A stretch of DNA of 63,916 nucleotides, filler included, from Lenisia limosa (lineage: Eukaryota > Protista > Breviatea), in assembly GCA_001655205.1 (NCBI GenBank). It is 9 parts of 9 records of this genome, joined end to end, with 100 filler letters (N's around TTAATTAATTAA, not from the genome) between each part and the next. Parts side by side here need not be neighbours in the genome. Positions count along the whole stretch, not along the records: positions 46,094 to 58,627 come from LPNZ01009362.1; positions 58,728 to 63,916 come from LPNZ01005588.1; 7 more parts are not named here. One strand, given 5' to 3'. The position numbers were made by a program, and so were the translations under genes. The notes under the pieces are model-generated. The model saw only the letters and a program-made list of their open reading frames with translations, searched no databases and had not been told where the DNA came from. Below are positions 51,761 to 63,916 of the stretch, piece by piece (position 1 is the first letter of the stretch; the number at the start of each line of letters is the position of its first letter).

Positions 51761-51880
51761 CCGTGAACAAAATTGCTGATAAGATAATATATTAAATACA
51801 ATCTAGGGATACGAAATCACAGAGGGATGCCGAAAGGGAGAGAAGATGTGAAGATTTTGAAAGGAGAAAAGATATAAGGA
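51110..51880. repeat. Tandem duplication of a ~360-bp unit containing one exon and a (GATGGT)n microsatellite
   Basis: 51146-51509 and 51520-51877 align with scattered substitutions and are separated by a 10-N gap. Confidence 0.85.
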
Positions 51881-52066
51881 TTATGAAATGGAGACCTTTG
51901 ATGAGAAAAAAATAGGCATAGCTCCAGCATTATAATGATGTTGATAATTGAAACTATAATAAGATTGCACATCATAGAGACCCCCCCCCCACATTTCCTT
52001 GAGTTCCTCCCTTAGCTGACAGCGATCATGGCCCTGTGACAGNNNNNNNNNNTTTAATATGGGGAA

Positions 52067-57974
<5,908 letters not shown>

Positions 57975-58167
57975 GCGTCCCGCTCATACGCCGGACCGGG
58001 GCCTTGAACGTCGCATTCCGCTTTTGATACCTTCCTTTTTGGGAGGTGCTGCGAGTTGAGTGTGGAGTTTGAGGTTATTGGTCCGGTAGAGCGGGGCGCG
58101 CCGGCGATGGCTGTGACGTTTCTGTCATAGTCATCAACGGTGTCGGGCCACTCGTCATTGGTCCCTG

Positions 58168-58244
58168 GTGACCTCTTCGGAGGAATTGTGACGATCTATC
58201 GGCCACTGCTTAGCAACCGATAGATCTGAGATCGCCTTGGTCAC
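58168..58244 (+). promoter_or_regulatory. SECIS element in the TXNRD 3' UTR (type II-like, non-AA apical motif)
   Basis: GTGAC (58188-92) + GATCTATCGG / CCGATAGATC 10-bp helix + TGAG (58227-30), giving a tandem G.A core; apical CCAC-UGC-UUA-GCA-A; about 215 nt after the stop. Confidence 0.8.
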
Positions 58245-59574
58245 GCCTTCGGGCAGGGGATGGCGGGGGTTTGACCCTTGGGGGTTGGTTGGTGGGGTGC
58301 CTTTATGGTAATGTACGTTTTTGTGACTTTATATTATACATTTTTGCATTCTTTTTTGAGAGATGTGGGAACTGGGAAATCCTGATTTATGAAGCTGTTA
58401 TCTATTAATGTAGCAATGGCAGCCCCCCGACTAAATAGATCATACACTACATTGGAATAAACCACTATATATCGACTTCAGCCTGAGGTTCTGCGAGACC
58501 CTCTTCTTCGTTGCTAAATGGTAAGGAAATAAATGTATTATGTGTGGTACAAGAAAATGGTAAAAAAAGTGGTTCGTGGAGGGAGGGGAAATATACATTA
58601 AAATATATATGGGGAGGGGGGGGGGGTNNNNNNNNNNNNNNNNNNNNNNNNNNNNNNNNNNNNNNNNNNNNTTAATTAATTAANNNNNNNNNNNNNNNNN
58701 NNNNNNNNNNNNNNNNNNNNNNNNNNNATAGGGGGGGGGGGGGTAAACTAGTTAGGCGAGGTGCTGAGGACTTTCGCAAAGCTTAATCATGCGAAAGGCT
58801 TCCACGTTAATTTATTTTGGCTCTCTTTGGTATGGAATAGCCCCCCCCCCTAACAGGAAGGAGAACCGTAGGTTTCAGCGTAGAAGTCTTCGGTGTATGT
58901 GGGTGGTGCTGCCAAATCCACTGCAAAGAGCCTTATGAGTTAATATTTTTATCATGATAAACATGGCTTAGAATAATGATATCTTACAAAAAAAAAATAT
59001 ATATTATATTATATGTAATACATAGCTACATGATATTTTCATTATTTTGTTTCCTATTAGGGGAATTGTACCTGTCAGGGTACCCTGCCATTCTTGCTAA
59101 CTGTTGTTCACACAAACTATGGTTAATAAAGGGTTGACAATGCATAAAAAGCAATGAGAAATGTGTTTGTTAGGCCGCCTAAGGAAAACACTTAGAATAT
59201 GACTGACACACTACGGCTTGGGGTTCTTTTGAAAACGTCAAAGTTCCCATATTTTACATGGGAATCCCATGGAATTTTATGGAAATTTGAAGAAATGTAC
59301 GGGACCAGTCGATGCGCCGAAGTGCAGAGGGGGTCTATTCCTATTCCCATCAAACCAAACCTAGTCCAAGCCTCCCCAGTGCCATCGTAGAAACATCATG
59401 CAGATCCCTTAAAAGTAAGAATTCGGATGGTTGAAAATTATTTCGTAAAAATAGGTTTTTGAGAACAAGAAAAGAAACCCAAGGCGTTAACGAATCAATA
59501 CCAATACACAACAAAGGATTACAATTTTTTTTGTGTGTGATTTCCAAAGGACAATCGATCAAGACTTATCAGGG

Positions 59575-62500
59575 TTAGTGAATATTCACATAAATGACTC
59601 TGTCCCCAATCCTTTGCGAACAGAAGAACAACGCCCTCCTCACCCAGAACCCTTCCGCCACCCAGGTTGCCATTGGGGGGTTCGGCCTTTCATGGCATTT
59701 TGCACTCATCACGGTGGCGTTGGCGTAGTAGTCAGCAACGATTTCAGTCATCTTGTTTTGAGTAAGATCAGTGGATATTGCAAACCAAGAACTCTCATTT
59801 GTATTTGATGAAATACATACCAAGTCTCTGATATTTTGCCCTTCCACTTCCAGGTTGTTAGTAGTGATGGAATTGCCATGTATGGTGTCACTTGTTACAT
59901 TTTGAGCTAGGAGGGTTGGAGCCTTTCCTCTGGTTCTAAAGACATTAACTCCTAACCCAGTCCAAAACAGATCACGGGATGTTAGTATTTCAACAACCAC
60001 ACCACTTAAAAATTTGTGTGTTTTTCGTGTTATAGTATACAACGCTCATCAATTCCAGCTCAGCAATGGAGATCATCACTCACATTAAGAATGCAGTTGC
60101 CTGAAGATGACAACACGAAAAGACCAACAATGACAGGGAGTAGTACATCACCTTCATTCTTTATTAAGTCAACTGGGATAAGTTAAAACCCAGGTTCAAT
60201 GAACACTAATACACTAATAACTAATGCTAATCTGCTAACTAAGGCGGATGTTGTTGGTGGGTGGGCTCCTCGGCTCTTCTTTATGCTTTTATAATGCTTG
60301 TCTCAAAATTGATACAACCAAGAAACAACTCTCCACTCAGACTGATATTCATCCGAGACTGTCCGGGGGGGACTTTATGGCGGGGAGTCTTTCTTTCCAA
60401 AAATCCACACTCATCCAACATCCACCCTTTACCCTCCAGGGGCTCCGTGGACGCTTGCGGAGCGTGTGTTAAACTCAAGGGGAGATTTTGGGGGGTCCAG
60501 TGTCCAGAATCCATCCATCTCAAAACATGCTCTTAAATCCTAAATCGAGCTGATCACTGGATCACTGCAACAACCAACAAAACAGATACATTGCACTGAC
60601 ATTCAAATGGTCCATCTGTAAGAACAGGAAAACTTCAATCCGTACACATGGCACCATTAACTCATAAGAAGGAGGGGCGTTAGCTAGCAATAGTACTGCC
60701 GTGGATGGAGTACATGCAGTATATGACGAGGAGGGCAAAGGCCATACACGTCAGCGTAACTGCTATGAGGGCCCACGTGACTGGTTGGGGAAGAGGAAGA
60801 TTGTCCACCCAGAGAACAACCTGGAGGGGGGGGGGGGNNNNNNNNNNNNNNNNNNNNNNNNNNNNNNNNNNNNNNNNNNNNNNNNNNNNNNNNNNNNNNN
60901 NNNNNNNNNNNNNNNNNNNNNNNNNNNNNNNNNNNNNNNNNNNNNNNNNNNNNNNNNNNNNNNNNNNNNNNNNNNNNNNNNNNNNNNNNNNNNNNNNNNN
61001 NNNNNNNNNNNNNNNNNNNNNNNNNNNNNNNNNNNNNNNNNNNNNNNNNNNNNNNNNNNNNNNNNNNNNNNNNNNNNNNNNNNNNNNNNNNNNNNNNNNN
61101 NNNNNNNNNNNNNNNNNNNNNNNNNNNNNNNNNNNNNNNNNNNNNNNNNNNNNNNNNNNNNNNNNNNNNNNNNNNNNNNGGCAGAAAGAAGGTCCGTCTG
61201 TGATGTCAATACGGAAATGGAACATCTCGCCGGATGAGAAAATGATGCCATGGGGGGTGTTGGGGTTGCCAATTGCGTCGTTTGTATTCGAACTGGGAGG
61301 AGGGAGGGGTAAATATGGTATTATATAAAAATATAAAAATGTACTGTTGGCTTAGCATTTGATCACGCGACAAAAAAAAACTCCAAAGACCTCCCCCCCC
61401 CCCCCNNNNNNNNNNNNNNNNNNNNNNNNNNNNNNNNNNNNNNNNNNNNNNNNNNNNNNNNNNNNNNNNNNNNNNNNNNNNNNNNNNNNNNNNNNNNNNN
61501 NNNNNNNNNNNNNNNNNNNNNNNNNNNNNNNNNNNNNNNNNNCGGCCATTGAGTTCAGTCACTGTGTACTTCCAAGTGAGAGGACGATCCGCCCGGCGGT
61601 CCTCCTCAATTACCAACGTCGGAACAAATACCTGCGAAGGAAGTGAATTGGTTTACAACAAGCCTGGAGCGACCCTTTGTTTACCAAATATTTATCTCAA
61701 TTTCTAACTTTATTGCTTTGCTCTGTTAAAAATTGCCAACATTTTCTTTGAAAAGCCCCCTGCAAACTTCGTTCATGTTGTGGTTGAGAACCGTTGTGAT
61801 GCAGTCTGAATTCTCAACCAGCGGCCTGATGTTGCTGGTCGAAGGGCAGTCACAGTCTATGCGGCTTTCTTTGTTAAGGCAGTTCTTGTAGATACCTGGG
61901 GGGATTGTGAAAAGCTATACATACACCACACAAACAAAGCAAATTGCGACACACATACATTTTGTTCGATTAAAAAAACAGTAAACAAAACCTCACAGTC
62001 TTAGTACTAATTCCTAAATACTACGAAAAAATAGAAGAAAAAACTTACCCCCCTCGCACCTGAATCCTTTGACACTTTGAAATGATTTCGGTACTTAGGG
62101 AGACTGGGGTCAGCATGGTACATATTGTCGGTGGTTGGGATAGCGGCACCCCTGTTGCTTGGGGGGCGGTAGTTGACAACAAGGTCGCGGAACTTATTAA
62201 GGCCACTGGAGTGTTACGCAAATGCTTTTCTCACGGTTCAAAAAAACAGTGAAAATATAGATAATAGGATTTTTCAAGATACTATGTTGGTAAATCCCTG
62301 GTTTCGTTTTCGACGCTCACCTTGTATAAGTTGCAGTGCCCTCCAAGATTTCCTCAGCGGTGAAAGGGGTATCCCACATCAGTTGCTTTGTTGAGGAGCT
62401 GTGTGAAAGGTTATTTGATTGAAACATTTTTTGAGGGTTGAATCTTGGAACTATTTTGTCGGTGAAGGACTAAGTATCAGATACAATATAAACTTCTGCC

Positions 62501-63720
62501 ATACCATGCTGATATTAGCTTCAGGGTAGCAAAGGAAACTGGACATCCGACAGGGACATTCGGGACAATGGAAATGGTGGCGCTCTGTGAATATTAATAA
62601 AAACACATGAATTGCCTAAGATACACTTCTTGAATTGTCTGATATGATTAGATGTCTTCGAAGTCGAGCCAAAAAGTACTGCGGAAACCCCACCTCATTA
62701 TTGCGATCCGTGCTGTTTGCCTGGACAGTGTAAAGATGCCATGTTTGATGGGAAACTTCGGTGGTGGCGTCAGAAAGGGTCAAGTCGGCCGCCTGGGACG
62801 GGGGTTAAGGAGAGTTGTCGGGGCTTTACATGAAGGGTGGGAGAGCGTTAGGAGGCGGCGACTCCAATTAGATTCCTCGAGAATTTCATGATAAAAATGG
62901 ATAGTTGAACAAAACAGCCACATGCAATGAGAAATAAACAAGTTGTCTCNNNNNNNNNNNNNNNNNNNNNNNNNNNNNNNNNNNNNNNNNNNNNNNNNNN
63001 NNNNNNNNNNNNNNNNNNNNNNNNNNNNNNNNNNNNNNNNNNNNNNNNNNNNNNNNNNNNNCACAGCTTTCTGCGTGCCTCCCCAGCATTAATAGTATAA
63101 CCATTCATATGACCACCTGACCGATCAGACCCCCCCCCCTCCCACCAGTCCGGAAGAAGACATGACAATTGCATTGGTATCGAGAGGAACAAGGCCAACT
63201 GAGTACACCGCACTTTCTCCTTTGTCCTGAGAAGTATGGTAAATAATTGAGTGAAATACTCATCAACAAGAGTTGATATCACATGTAATAAAACATCCAT
63301 TCTCACCAAATAAAGCTCTTCCGTGATGTCAACAGTGGAGTTAACGGAGAAGTATGATGCAGAAAGACTAGCAAAAATCGAGACTGAGGGACATTTTTCG
63401 GGTGCTAAAAAGTCAGACAATTGGACTGGTGAATGGCAAAAAAGAAAGAGAGTGTGTGAAAATACGGACTTTTTCAAGACTGAGGGGTTGTTGAATGAAA
63501 AAAATAAACAAGAAAAAAAACAGAAGCTTGAACAAGGCTGTTTGGGGAGCACATTTCAAGGCCTCTCTTACCCACCAATCCACATATCTGCTGCTCCAGC
63601 ATCAGCAACATGCGTCCATTCACTACGACTCAAGACGACATCTGGAACCGTGGTTTTTGATAAAACGGTTGCGGATGTGCTTGATGTCACTTCCGTCACG
63701 AGATAGTCCGCGGCTGGGAG
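59575..63720 (-). CDS. Large single-pass surface glycoprotein, 5'-partial, unknown family; 3' end uncertain
   Basis: Many GT-AG exons (SEWTHVADAG, KNCLNKESRIDCDCP, LVIEEDRRADRPLTWKY), a TM WALIAVTLTCMAFALLVIYCMY, and downstream exons beyond the TM. Confidence 0.55.
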
Positions 63721-63916
63721 GGGGAAAGGAAATTTCGATGAAGAATATTGGCGTAAAGGTACTAATCATTAACCGAATAATCTGAAACTCAAACAAAAAA
63801 CAAGCAATAACAAACAGAGCAACCAACGCTAAAACTAGACAAAATCAGATGACAAAAACATAAAAACAAAAACAAGCCCGAGTCAGCCTTTGAAGAGTCC
63901 CACCACCCTGATCACC

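Noticed and set aside
51114-51801. Poly-His / (GD)n / (PS)n ORFs
   Set aside because: Translations of the (GATGGT)n microsatellite in intronic sequence.

Overview
This window is not one locus. It is nine draft scaffolds joined by artificial N44-TTAATTAATTAA-N44 linkers at 8799, 11748, 16837, 21159, 23311, 24759, 46038 and 58672. Eight scaffolds come from an intron-rich unicellular eukaryote with GT-AG introns, many carrying G-tracts after the donor and C-tracts before the acceptor; its taxon cannot be fixed from sequence alone. Recognisable spliced genes: TEX264-like, Vnx1/CAX-like cation exchanger, UvrD/PcrA-like helicase, a two-domain membrane nucleotide cyclase, DUS2, a multi-HMG-box protein, TMEM222, DNMT2 and a selenocysteine thioredoxin reductase (GCUG end plus 3' SECIS). 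There are also several unknown membrane or surface proteins and four dispersed repeat families. One scaffold (16893-21114) is bacterial and Flavobacteriaceae-like, with DUF285 surface protein, DUF6090 and ygiD genes. Its most striking feature is that the three co-oriented genes are separated by 135-138 bp attC-like hairpins, and each complete gene unit starts with a 9-bp GTT core whose exact reverse complement lies just after that gene's stop. This is the crossover signature of excisable integron-type gene cassettes, here in a Bacteroidota-like genome with no integrase on the contig. All gene models were spliced by eye and are approximate.
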